Shown piece by piece: positions 9,577-19,521 of a stretch of DNA of 64,000 bases. Position 1 is the first letter of the stretch. Each line of letters opens with the position of its first letter. A model generated the notes under the pieces. It made no database searches. It was given only the letters and a program-made list of their open reading frames with translations, and was not told the DNA's origin. The stretch covers positions 1 through 64,000 of the forward strand of contig JAFGOA010000071.1 of assembly GCA_016926735.1 (NCBI GenBank). Reading direction: 5' to 3'. Position numbers and translations under genes: made by a program. Source of the DNA: Promethearchaeota archaeon. Its GTDB lineage: Archaea > Asgardarchaeota > Lokiarchaeia > Sigyniarchaeales > SOKP01.

Positions 9577-9834
9577 ATGACACAATATAGATTTAGATTG
9601 ACAGGAGTACCTCCTGATCAAGCAATTAAGCAAATTGAAGTTGATCCTAATCAATCAATAGCAGAAATTAAGAAAACTGTACAGAGGGAATATAAACTTA
9701 ACCCTATATTGGCAATCCAATTCATCTTTAAAGGTAAGGTACTTCCTGACGATCTAAAGTTTGCAAAAATAGGGATCCACCCAAAGAAAGATGTAATTAC
9801 CGTTATGGCAACTCAAGCAGGGGGCATTTTCTGA
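9577..9834 (+). CDS. Ubiquitin-like protein with C-terminal GG followed by two residues (GG-IF)
   Basis: 85 aa beta-grasp pattern 'IEVDPNQSIAEIKK..FIFKGKVLPDD..IGI..ITVMATQAGG'; AGGAG SD upstream. Confidence 0.85.
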   Translation: MTQYRFRLTGVPPDQAIKQIEVDPNQSIAEIKKTVQREYKLNPILAIQFIFKGKVLPDDLKFAKIGIHPKKDVITVMATQAGGIF

Positions 9835-10000
9835 GCGATATCCCTATCTATCATCAATATTATCATAGATAACTAGATTTCAGATATAGATTTAATTCAA
9901 CATTCTTTCTTTTATTCTTATTATTAAATTTTTTTTATTTTATTATGATTAGAAAACCTTGAAAATAAATAAATTTACATAATATCTTTAGAATTTTAGT

Positions 10001-10537
10001 TTAAAATTTCAACTTAAGATTCTTTTCTTTTATTTGATACTCTGGACAAATTTTATTATGTGGAAATTTACAAATAGATTCTTTCTTAGGTAAAATACAG
10101 CTATTAGAGAAAGGACAAAATAATAGATTGAGTTTCTCCTTTTTTCTATTAATTTCAAGCATAATAAGGTAAGTTAAGATATTATCCAATTCGTTTGAAT
10201 CTATATTGGATTCTTTTATTGTAGATACTAATTTTCCAAAGTCATAAATTAGATTTAAATCAGATATTTGTTCCAGATTCTTTTTTATTGTATTATTTTT
10301 ATCTAATTCTTGTTTTTTATTTCTTATCCTTTTAATAAAATACTCATCAAGAAAAATATTTTTACCTTTTTCAATTTCAAAAAGATAAAGCAATTTATTG
10401 AAATATTCTTCTATTATAAGCTTTATTTGGCTATTGATTTCATCCGTATTGGATTGGTTAAACTCTATCTTTAGATTTATAAATATAAATTCTATATATT
10501 CATCTAATTTTTCCTTATTTTTATTCCCATCGGTCAT
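10001..10537 (-). CDS. Hypothetical protein with C-terminal Cys cluster
   Basis: 178-aa ORF with C-x5-C-x8-C-x7-C near the C-terminus. Confidence 0.5.
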   Translation of the reverse strand: MTDGNKNKEKLDEYIEFIFINLKIEFNQSNTDEINSQIKLIIEEYFNKLLYLFEIEKGKNIFLDEYFIKRIRNKKQELDKNNTIKKNLEQISDLNLIYDFGKLVSTIKESNIDSNELDNILTYLIMLEINRKKEKLNLLFCPFSNSCILPKKESICKFPHNKICPEYQIKEKNLKLKF

Positions 10538-10598
10538 AACTTTAGAATTACTTTATCTTTAAAAATACATTCTTCTCGAATATTTAAATTTTATTTTC

Positions 10599-10814
10599 TT
10601 ATTCATAATCGAGAATATATGTATATTTAGCGAGATTAAATTTTTCAAACTTTATATCTCCATTAATCTTTTCTCTTATAGGAAATGGAATTTTAACAAC
10701 ATAATCATAGTCTTTAATATAATAATTATTATAGATAATTTCTTGTTGTTTATCAATATCAATGAACTTACTTAAGTAAAAAAGAATATCTTTTCTAAAA
10801 GGAATATATACCAT
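10599..10814 (-). CDS. Small hypothetical protein
   Basis: 71-aa ATG ORF with GAGAGTG upstream; no recognisable motif. Confidence 0.4.
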   Translation of the reverse strand: MVYIPFRKDILFYLSKFIDIDKQQEIIYNNYYIKDYDYVVKIPFPIREKINGDIKFEKFNLAKYTYILDYE

Positions 10815-11076
10815 AAATTATCTTTCACTCTCCCCATTTCTAATATTCTATAGGAAAATTATCCGAAATTCTACTTTTTGAAAAATTAATTGGTTTTTTG
10901 TTTTTGATACATCCAAAATGATAGAAATGATATTTATTATTTTTGAAAATCGACAATAATATAAAAAAATAAAAAAAAATAAGAGTGAATTAAGGTAATG
11001 AAAGATAATTATAAATTAGGATTAAAAGTCTCATTAAGTTTTAATATTAATAATACGTTTTATGATGATATAATTC

Positions 11077-12090
11077 ATGAGTGATTGGTTTAAAGTTTTT
11101 AAGTATAATCCTATAGATCCATTATTAGAATCAAATAATGATGCAATTAAATATTTTACACGACGAGATCTATTGGATGAAAAAGTGGATTCTATAGAAA
11201 AAATATGGGAATTACCTGAAGTTCAAAAAATTTTGAAAAAACAACAAAAAAATGGTTCATGGAAATCCAATAATCCAAACCAAAAAAAATATCCATTAGT
11301 AAATTATAATTTAATTGAAACGTGGAAGCAATTTAGATTTTTAGTTCAAATGTATCAAATGAATAAAACCCATCCTTCAATTAAAAAAGCAGCAGAATAT
11401 ATATTTTCCTGCCAAAAAGATGAGGGAGATATTCGAGGAATCTTAGCAAATCAATATGCAACATATTATACAGGTGCTTTGATGTTTTTATTAATTAAAG
11501 CAGGATATTCAGATGATCTTCGTATTGAGAAGGGATTTCAATGGTTAATCTCTGTTCGACAAAATGATGGGGGATGGTTAGCATCTCCATTAATGTCTGT
11601 TGATCGATATCATATATCAGATTATTACATATTCGTAAGTGAACATAAAACGTTGAAAGATCACGATCCTACAAGCCCTTCTTCTCATAATTGGATAGGA
11701 ATGATTATTCGCCCATTTGCGGTTCATCCTAAATATAAAGATTCAATCATAGCAAAAAAATCAGCAAAATTACTTAAATCTATGTTTTTTAAAGCAGATC
11801 CAAATTATACATCATACCAAAAAGCAGATTATTGGATTAGGTTTCAATATCCCTACTGGTGGAATCATTTAGTCGCAGCTTTAGATTCAATTTCTCTTAT
11901 TGGTATTTCAAAGGATGATAAAGATATTGCTAATGCATTGAAATGGTTTATTACAAATCAGAAAGAAGATGGATTATGGTTATTAAATTATGCTAAAAAA
12001 CAACCTAAAAGTTATTCTCTTAAAGCCAAGCAAGAACAATTATGGATAACTTTTAAGATATGCCAAATTTTCAAACGTTATTTTAAATAG
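11077..12090 (+). CDS. Prenyltransferase/squalene-cyclase-repeat (alpha/alpha toroid) protein
   Basis: Repeated QW motifs: QQKNGSW, QKDEG, RQNDGGW, NQKEDGLW. Confidence 0.75.
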   Translation: MSDWFKVFKYNPIDPLLESNNDAIKYFTRRDLLDEKVDSIEKIWELPEVQKILKKQQKNGSWKSNNPNQKKYPLVNYNLIETWKQFRFLVQMYQMNKTHPSIKKAAEYIFSCQKDEGDIRGILANQYATYYTGALMFLLIKAGYSDDLRIEKGFQWLISVRQNDGGWLASPLMSVDRYHISDYYIFVSEHKTLKDHDPTSPSSHNWIGMIIRPFAVHPKYKDSIIAKKSAKLLKSMFFKADPNYTSYQKADYWIRFQYPYWWNHLVAALDSISLIGISKDDKDIANALKWFITNQKEDGLWLLNYAKKQPKSYSLKAKQEQLWITFKICQIFKRYFK

Positions 12091-12474
12091 AGATTTTATC
12101 TTTCTGTTATTTTTATTAGAATATCTGTCTTGAGTTGTCTCATAATCTCTATTCATGAAATCTTCAGGAAGTGATTTAGAAAAAAGATTTTAGAAAGAGA
12201 ACCAAAATTTAATTTTTTTATTTAGAGGCTTATTCAAGTTTTTTGTTATAGATGGAGTATCAAGAATATTAGCTGTATAATAATGAGAAAGATTAAATTA
12301 TGAAACATTTTTAAGAAAAAATAGTGAAATCTTAGATAATTTGGATAAATTTCTTTATAGCTTTTAGGATTTTTTCTAAAAAGATCTACTCCATATATTT
12401 CACATTTTTTTGTAATAGTCATTTTATAAAAAATATCTCTAAAATATTTTTGATAATAGAGATCTCAAAAAAAA

Positions 12475-12506
12475 AGGTTCAAAAAATGAACCTGCAATTT
12501 TATATA
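12475..12506 (+). promoter_or_regulatory. Palindromic operator AGGTTCA-N5-TGAACCT next to a TATA box
   Basis: Perfect 7-bp inverted repeat at 12475-12493, then TTTTATATA at 12498-12506, upstream of the surface-protein gene. Confidence 0.5.
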
Positions 12507-12584
12507 TCGAGATAAAATTTAATGAATTATATTGATAAAATATATTTTTAATGTAAAATAAGGACAAAGTAAGGAAATCCTTAA

Positions 12585-14873
12585 TTGAATAGAAAAATGA
12601 TTAATAAAAAAATATTTGGTATATTTACTTCATTGCTCATCATTATTAGTTCAGTTGCAGCTGCATTCTTTTTTTTTTCATTTTCAAATACAATCGACAC
12701 AATTGACCCAACAGTGAAAATAGAGAGCCCTCATAATAATATTTATGATAACTCCACACAATTAATAAATATAACAGCATCGGATGATTTAGCTATTGAT
12801 TCAATTTGGTATAATTGGAACAATACTAATATGATTTATACATCTCCGCATTACATTACTTTTAATGAAGGTTTGAACACTATCCATGCGTGGGCTAATG
12901 ATTCAGCAGGAAATATTGGACATAGTTCTGTTATATTTATCATTGATACTATATCACCATTAGTGCAAATAACAAATCCTGTAAATACTACTTACAATAA
13001 TGCTACACAATTACTAACTATAACGACTTCAGATAATATTGCTATCGATACCATTTGGTATAACTGGAATGGCACCAAAGTGATTTATAACTCTCCGCAT
13101 TCCATCACCTTTAATAAAGGTCTGAATACTATTCATGCTTGGGTTAATGATTCAGTAGGGAATATAGCAACAACTTCTGTTACATTTACTATTGATATTC
13201 CGCCTGTAATAGTTAAAATAGAGAGTCCTATTAATAAAATCTATTATAATCCTAAACAATTACTAAACATTTCAGCATCTTCAGACGATTATACTATCGA
13301 TACCATTTGGTATGTTTGGAATTGTACCAAGGTGATTTATAACTCTCCGCATTATATTACTTTTAACGAAGGTTTGAACACTATTCATGCGTGGGCTAAT
13401 GATACAGAGGGACATATAGCAACAGCTTTCGTAACATTTACAATTGATGCAATAGATCCCAATCTAACATTTACTTCTGTTTGGAATACAATATTAACAA
13501 GTTCTGGTTCCAGTAATAGCACTCAAGTTAAATTACCATTGGAATTTAGTGGAACTTATAATTTTACAGTAAATTGGGGTGATGGAAAGATAGAGTCTAT
13601 TACAAGTTGGAATCAAACAGGAGTAACTCATACATATGCGCTTAGTGGCATTTATACTATTAAAATAAATGGTATATTGGCCGGTTGGAATTTTAATAAT
13701 GGAAGAGATAAATTAAAATTGCTCAAAATTGCAGAATGGGGCGATTTACGATTAGGAAATTCAGGAAATTATTTTTATGGATGTTCTAATTTAAATCTTA
13801 CTGCTTGTGATACATTAGGGCTCATAGGAACAACAACACTTTATCAAGCATTTAGTGAATGTAGTAAACTTGGGGATACTGGTAATATGAGCAGTTGGGA
13901 TGTTTCAGGTGTTAAAGATATGAGCTACATGTTTTATTTAGATACATCATTCAATCAGGATATTTCTAATTGGAACGTTTCAAGTGTTACAAACATGGAA
14001 TTAATGTTCTATGATGCTACATCCTTTAATCAAGATATCGAAAAGTGGGATGTTTCCAATGTTCAAAATATGTTTGCTATGTTTTATTTTGCTACATCAT
14101 TCAATCAATCTATAGGAGATTGGGATGTTTCCAATGTTGAAAATGTACAGGCTATGTTTTATTTTGCTACATCATTCAATCAAGACATTAGTGATTGGAA
14201 TGTTTCGGGTGTTACAAATATGGCTTGGATGTTCTATGGTGCTAATTCTTTCAATCAAGATATTGGTGATTGGGATGTTTCCACTACAACAAGAATGGAT
14301 ATGATGTTCTATGGTGCTAATTCTTTCAATCAAAATATTGGTGATTGGAATGTGTCAAAAGTGACTACTATGACTGGTATGTTTTATTGTGCTAATTCTT
14401 TCAACCAATCTATAGGAAATTGGGATGTTTCTAATGTAAAATATATGTCTTATATGTTCTATGGTGCTAATTCTTTCAATCAAGATATTAGTGATTGGAA
14501 TGTCTCTCGGGTTACTAGTATGAGTACCATGTTTTATATGGCATCTTCTTTCAATCAAGATATTGGTAATTGGGATGTTTCGAGTGTTAAAAATATGGGT
14601 TGGATGTTCTATCATGCGTCTTCCTTCGATCAAAATCTTGGTAATTGGAACGTTTCTAATGTTGAAGACATGGATAATATGTTCGATGGAATTACTTTAT
14701 CAACCAATAATTATGATAACCTATTAATTGGATGGTCTAAATTGACTTTGAAAAGGGGAGTTTCTTTTGATGGAGGTTATTCACACTATAGTACGGGTGA
14801 AGCATCTGATGCAAGAACGTATATTAAAGATACTTTTGGTTGGTATATATATGATGGTGGACAAGTTCCTTAA
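12585..14873 (+). CDS. Membrane-anchored surface protein: 3 Ig-like repeats, PKD-like domain and DUF285/BspA-type repeats
   Basis: N-terminal TM; three 'GLNTIHAW.ND..G' units; 'VNWGDG..THTY' PKD-like motif; about ten 25-aa 'W(D/N)VS.V..M..MFY.A.SFNQ.I' repeats. Confidence 0.9.
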   Translation: MNRKMINKKIFGIFTSLLIIISSVAAAFFFFSFSNTIDTIDPTVKIESPHNNIYDNSTQLINITASDDLAIDSIWYNWNNTNMIYTSPHYITFNEGLNTIHAWANDSAGNIGHSSVIFIIDTISPLVQITNPVNTTYNNATQLLTITTSDNIAIDTIWYNWNGTKVIYNSPHSITFNKGLNTIHAWVNDSVGNIATTSVTFTIDIPPVIVKIESPINKIYYNPKQLLNISASSDDYTIDTIWYVWNCTKVIYNSPHYITFNEGLNTIHAWANDTEGHIATAFVTFTIDAIDPNLTFTSVWNTILTSSGSSNSTQVKLPLEFSGTYNFTVNWGDGKIESITSWNQTGVTHTYALSGIYTIKINGILAGWNFNNGRDKLKLLKIAEWGDLRLGNSGNYFYGCSNLNLTACDTLGLIGTTTLYQAFSECSKLGDTGNMSSWDVSGVKDMSYMFYLDTSFNQDISNWNVSSVTNMELMFYDATSFNQDIEKWDVSNVQNMFAMFYFATSFNQSIGDWDVSNVENVQAMFYFATSFNQDISDWNVSGVTNMAWMFYGANSFNQDIGDWDVSTTTRMDMMFYGANSFNQNIGDWNVSKVTTMTGMFYCANSFNQSIGNWDVSNVKYMSYMFYGANSFNQDISDWNVSRVTSMSTMFYMASSFNQDIGNWDVSSVKNMGWMFYHASSFDQNLGNWNVSNVEDMDNMFDGITLSTNNYDNLLIGWSKLTLKRGVSFDGGYSHYSTGEASDARTYIKDTFGWYIYDGGQVP
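13890..14690 (+). repeat. Intragenic tandem array of 75-nt units (about 10.5 copies)
   Basis: Recurring tgggatgtt/tggaatgt ... atgttctat ... ttcaatcaagatatt with a 75-nt period. Confidence 0.9.
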
Positions 14874-15139
14874 AATTTTTCTTTCTTTTTTTTATAACTA
14901 ATAATAGTGGGAAAATATTACAGAGACTTAAAATCTTTTATAAAGATAATAATTTATCAATATATTACAATCTTTAAATAATAAGTTCTGAACTTTCCTC
15001 CAATAATTTGTAATATTCAATTAAAGATTTTCTGATTGAAAAATTATTAAAATTTTTACGATATAAATATCTAAATGATAAATTTTGTGCCGAATGTGTA
15101 TATAATTTAAAAAAATACTGAGAAAAATATCTATTTCCC

Positions 15140-16186
15140 TTATAATTCGAATTCCAAGATAATATGTCTTCTTTCCCTTGAAGCTGCACAATAATTTATT
15201 ATAAAATTAATTATTTCTTGATTATCAATATTACAAAATCCGGAAGTGTAGATAGGCATTTTTTCTTTATTTCTTTTCAAAAGAGTTGTCATTAATTGAG
15301 TCCATATAAACGGTAGTAATCCTTTCCTCCGATATTTTTTATCAATAACAATATGTTCAAAACTTATTATTTGAGGATTAAATGGATTTGGTGCCACAAA
15401 TCCACAAGCAATCACTATTTTTGTAGGACTATGAATAGTAATCCATCCCATATTATCTAAAAAATTTCCACTAAAAAGATATTTTATAATAATTTCTGCA
15501 TTTAAAAGAGTTTTTGGAGTTATTTGAGAATTTTCAGGCATATTTTCATTATGTAATCTAATAAAATCATCTTTATATTGTCCAATTTCTTTACTTCCTA
15601 TCATAATAAATTCAAATTCTTGTTGAAGCTCATTAAAATTATCCATTTCTAATTTTTTTATCTCTGAAATATAAGTATCTATAATTTCTTTTTCAATAAA
15701 TCTATTTTTCTTGAAAATTTCTAAATATATAGGAGGATCGATTGGCCGTGCGATTGAAAGTTCTGTTTTGCTTCCCTCTACCATGAAACCAAATCCAAAT
15801 AAAATTGTAGGAATATTGATGGGACCTCGGATAGTTATGAAACTATTCTTTTTCGCATAATCTAAAATTGTTCCTAATAACAACTGAATGTTATGTTTAC
15901 TATGATCATATACTCTAAAAAATCCAAAAAATAGAGTTGATTCTTCACTGTAAAGGAGTGACATGCCAATTATACTCTCAAAATCAAAAAGAGATTCTTT
16001 ATTATGTTTTTTATAAAGAATAATTGCTTTGGAATTATATTTTTCAAGGGTAAATTTAATAACACTTCTGAATTGAGGTAAAATGGGTATGCTTATACCT
16101 AATTGTAAAAACTTGACTATCTGATGTATAGAATCCTCAATAATTATTTTTTTCAAAAAATCACAAAGATAACTTAATTTTTCCAA
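15140..16186 (-). CDS. Tandem GNAT-fold acyltransferase
   Basis: 'FFGFF', 'IRGPINI..GF', and acetyl-CoA motif 'IVIDKKYRRKGL'. Confidence 0.7.
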   Translation of the reverse strand: MEKLSYLCDFLKKIIIEDSIHQIVKFLQLGISIPILPQFRSVIKFTLEKYNSKAIILYKKHNKESLFDFESIIGMSLLYSEESTLFFGFFRVYDHSKHNIQLLLGTILDYAKKNSFITIRGPINIPTILFGFGFMVEGSKTELSIARPIDPPIYLEIFKKNRFIEKEIIDTYISEIKKLEMDNFNELQQEFEFIMIGSKEIGQYKDDFIRLHNENMPENSQITPKTLLNAEIIIKYLFSGNFLDNMGWITIHSPTKIVIACGFVAPNPFNPQIISFEHIVIDKKYRRKGLLPFIWTQLMTTLLKRNKEKMPIYTSGFCNIDNQEIINFIINYCAASRERRHIILEFEL

Positions 16187-16277
16187 AAATATATAATATA
16201 GCCATATTAGCTTAATAAAGTTTATATATTGAATTAGATAATAATAATGTAATTAATAAATAAATAGATAATATAAA

Positions 16278-17000
16278 ATGGATTGGTCTAGATATTTTGT
16301 TGTGTTAATAACTCAGGCTCTTGCTGCCCTTTTCTTTATTATAATTATTTATAAACTTTTAAAAAGAAGAAAAGATCAATCCTCTATATTGTTAAGTTGT
16401 TTTTATTTATCATCTACTTTAGCCTTTATAATGAATATCATAGTGGTCACTTTAATATTTTCTAATAGTAATCTCGCAAACTTAATTAAAACATTTTATT
16501 TTCTCTTATCTTTTCTGATATTGTTTGGATTTGCTTTTTTAGTTATATTTATCTTAGATCTATATTATGTTCAATCATTAATTAAATCAATTAAAGTTCA
16601 AGTCTTTATCTTAATATATGCTATTTTCTCATTTTGTGTTTTTTATATGCCTGGTGCGTTATCATTCATAGGGGATGAGTTCACACTTCAATATAGTTTT
16701 GAATTATCGATTGTATTGTATATCTTTTCTACTTTGACTAGTATATTGCCTTCTATAATATTCATACAAAAAATTTTAAAATCAATAAAGCATCCTTCAT
16801 TAAGGAAAAAATATAGACGATTTACGTGGGGTTTATTCGGAGTATATTTGGATTTATATGGAGCTATTTTATATAATACATGGCATAATCCTATTTATAG
16901 ATCAATATGGGGCATTCTTACAACATTTATATTGTTGTCTTCTGCTTATCTGATATATATTGGAATTGGTAGAGATATATCTCCATCAGATAAATTGTAG
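16278..17000 (+). CDS. Stand-alone 7-TM membrane protein (HisKA_7TM-like sensor family)
   Basis: Seven hydrophobic helices with a basic loop 'LRKKYRRF' before TM6; similar layout to 17844..18605. Confidence 0.6.
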   Translation: MDWSRYFVVLITQALAALFFIIIIYKLLKRRKDQSSILLSCFYLSSTLAFIMNIIVVTLIFSNSNLANLIKTFYFLLSFLILFGFAFLVIFILDLYYVQSLIKSIKVQVFILIYAIFSFCVFYMPGALSFIGDEFTLQYSFELSIVLYIFSTLTSILPSIIFIQKILKSIKHPSLRKKYRRFTWGLFGVYLDLYGAILYNTWHNPIYRSIWGILTTFILLSSAYLIYIGIGRDISPSDKL

Positions 17001-17134
17001 TATAATATAAAAAGATTTAAAGACATATTTTGCTAAAATTTATTTTTTACATTTACTATAGGAATATCCAATCAAAACTATTCCTATTATTATGAATAGT
17101 AAGACAAAAAAATAATATTCCAAATAAATCTTAT

Positions 17135-17722
17135 CTATAAATGTTTTATTAGTTTTTCAATTATTTTAATAACTTTATTTGCCGTTTCTTTTAGGATTTC
17201 TGTAAGTTGGAATTGAAAAAAAGGTAAGTCTTCATTGTTATTAAGTTCGTCTACAGTTAATTCACCATTATTATATAGGATCAACTCAGTAAACCCATCC
17301 ATACTTTTAGGTACAAATCCTATCATAAATACATCTAAAGGATTAATTTTTGTTAAAAGATAATCGATAATCACATGGATAGGTACAGTATGTGAGGATA
17401 TTGGAACAAGAGATTCCATATTATTACGTTCAATAATTACAATAGTACCTGGTTTTCCTTTAAAATTACATGTATCTAGGATTATAAGAACTGAGGGATT
17501 AAAATTAATAATATCATTTATTCGAGACATTGGATCTATACTTGTGTTTATAAATAAAAATCTTTCATTATTTTTATCAAGAAGTTTTGTTATTATATAT
17601 GGTCCTACACCATCATCTTGTAATTTTTCTTCTCCTATTCCTAAAAAAACAATTCTTTGCGCGTTTTTAAGACGAATAATGAGTTTATCGTATAATTCAT
17701 CCATTTTCAAATTACAAAGCAA
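17135..17722 (-). CDS. Hydrogenase maturation protease (HycI-like)
   Basis: 'VFLGIGEEKLQDDGVGP', 'IILD', 'PGTI', 'SSHTVP'. Confidence 0.85.
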   Translation of the reverse strand: MLCNLKMDELYDKLIIRLKNAQRIVFLGIGEEKLQDDGVGPYIITKLLDKNNERFLFINTSIDPMSRINDIINFNPSVLIILDTCNFKGKPGTIVIIERNNMESLVPISSHTVPIHVIIDYLLTKINPLDVFMIGFVPKSMDGFTELILYNNGELTVDELNNNEDLPFFQFQLTEILKETANKVIKIIEKLIKHL

Positions 17723-17843
17723 ATCATTGGCAATTATTTTTACTATTTATAAACATATAAATATATCATTATCCTTTAGAAAATGATAGGTTGATTCTTC
17801 TAAAAAAAAAAAGTTTCTTAAAATAAAAAAAAATAAAATGTTA

Positions 17844-18605
17844 CTATTTTTTACACTCGCTATATGAATATCCAATCAGAACAGTGCCAATTATGATTCC
17901 TATTGCATTAATAATATAAAAAATTGTGCCAAGGTCAGGAAAGGTATAGCTTAAAAAATTCATGGTGATTCCTATCGATAATGAAACTATTCCTATGATA
18001 AAAAAATCCCATTTTTTCATAAGCCTAATATCATTTGTTTTGAAAAAAATCCTTATTCTAAAAATATAATAGAAAGAAGGAATGATAACCATTATTGCAA
18101 AGATTAAATAATAATATAGGGCAAAAATTCCATCCCATTGAGGTTTATTATCGGTGGCTGCACTAATATGTATCCCATGAAATATAAAGTAAGAAGGAAC
18201 TGTTAAAGCAAAAAAAGTAATTATTACTAAAATTTCTACTAATTTTGTTTTTCTTTCTTTCCCATTGAATTTTTCATATAAAAGAAGACAACCAATAGCA
18301 AGAAAGATTCCCGAACCATAAAGTAAAGTTAATGCAATATAATAAAGGATAATCATTAAGAAGTCAAATTCTCCTTGGTTATATAATCCAATTATACCAT
18401 AAACAATATTTATAACCAAAGAAATAATCGCTAAAGTATAGAAAAAACTTAATATAATACTTATATAAGTTTTACTCCGCAGTAATATTTTAAAATAAAG
18501 AATATATATAGCGATTACTATAAATATCGTATTTCCAATAAACAGTGATAATAATCTTGGATCAAAATCCATATTAATCAATACTCTTTTCAGTTTCTTT
18601 ATCAA
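17844..18605 (-). CDS. Stand-alone 7-TM membrane protein
   Basis: Seven TM segments; 'LS.FY..INI', 'IIPS' and 'LMKKW.FF..G' parallel 16278..17000. Confidence 0.6.
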   Translation of the reverse strand: MIKKLKRVLINMDFDPRLLSLFIGNTIFIVIAIYILYFKILLRSKTYISIILSFFYTLAIISLVINIVYGIIGLYNQGEFDFLMIILYYIALTLLYGSGIFLAIGCLLLYEKFNGKERKTKLVEILVIITFFALTVPSYFIFHGIHISAATDNKPQWDGIFALYYYLIFAIMVIIPSFYYIFRIRIFFKTNDIRLMKKWDFFIIGIVSLSIGITMNFLSYTFPDLGTIFYIINAIGIIIGTVLIGYSYSECKK

Positions 18606-18732
18606 TAAGAATAATACTTTAGAATAAAGAATAAATTCTTTTTAAATTATAGTAATTATTAAATTACCTTAATTTAATTCTTTTTGATTTTAGTCAACTT
18701 CATTAAAAATAGATCATATATTAGATTCAACA

Positions 18733-19341
18733 ATGGAAGATAAATCAGCAGAAAATTTAGAGAAGGTCCAAATAGAAGGATATATTAAAAAGGGCAAAGT
18801 TTTAATCACTAATATAGATGCAGTCGAGGAGTTTTATAATACATCTTATATTGGGAATTTAGAGGAATCAGAAAATGGGAATAAAATACTGATATTAGAT
18901 CCAATGGAAGTTCTTCTTCTATGCGAAAGAAAAAGGATATTATTGTGGGAAGATAATGATAAAAACAAGACCCAATTTGACTTTGAAAAATTACTTACTT
19001 ATTTCTCTGCTTATGATGATGATTTATGGCAAAAGTATGTTATATATATGGATCTTAGAAGAAGAGGATATATTGTTCGCTCAGGTTATGGAGAAGGAAT
19101 AGAATTTCGTGTATTTAAAAGAGGTGCTGATTTTAATGAAGATTCTGCTAAATTTCTTATCTATCCTGTGTTTGAAGGTTACCCCATTGAATTACGAGAT
19201 TTAGATAAGATCTCTCGAGTAGCTTTAAGCTCACGTAAAGATTTAATTGTCGCTACTGTTGATAGATTGAGTCGACCAATATATTATAGTGTAAGGAAAT
19301 TTGAGATTCTTAATAAAGATATAAGTGGAGATAAAAGGTAG
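18733..19341 (+). CDS. endA: tRNA splicing endonuclease subunit, probably structural (non-catalytic)
   Basis: 'LDPMEVLLL', 'KYVIYMDLRRRGYIVRSG..G.EFRV', 'RVA.SSRKDLIVA.V'. Catalytic Tyr and His positions appear replaced. Confidence 0.85.
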   Translation: MEDKSAENLEKVQIEGYIKKGKVLITNIDAVEEFYNTSYIGNLEESENGNKILILDPMEVLLLCERKRILLWEDNDKNKTQFDFEKLLTYFSAYDDDLWQKYVIYMDLRRRGYIVRSGYGEGIEFRVFKRGADFNEDSAKFLIYPVFEGYPIELRDLDKISRVALSSRKDLIVATVDRLSRPIYYSVRKFEILNKDISGDKR

Positions 19342-19521
19342 AATTTAATTTTTAATATATAAAAAATACGAAATATTGGATTATATCGTGCTTTTACTAA
19401 TTTTTCATCCCAAATCTTAGAATAAAATAATTTAAGATAATTATTTTCCCATTCTAATATATAAATATTTATTAATCTGACTTTTTATTAGAATTTTAAA
19501 TATTTCTTTAGGTGTCTAGTT

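Noticed and set aside
9832-9876. TGA stop of the Ubl as a possible selenocysteine codon, with a small downstream hairpin (tatctat..atagata)
   Set aside because: Readthrough adds only a short non-conserved-looking tail ending at TAG, there is no redox motif, and the hairpin lacks a convincing SECIS core.
11077-12090. Squalene-hopene cyclase
   Set aside because: Only one barrel in length and no DxDD catalytic motif; only the QW repeats are present.
12248-12399. Imperfect inverted repeat atagatggagta / tactccatatat as MITE ends
   Set aside because: Short, mismatched and AT-rich, with no target-site duplication or second copy seen.
13890-14690. Regular repeats as a CRISPR array or DGR target
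   Set aside because: They are in-frame 75-nt coding repeats with no unique spacers, and no cas or reverse transcriptase gene lies in the window.
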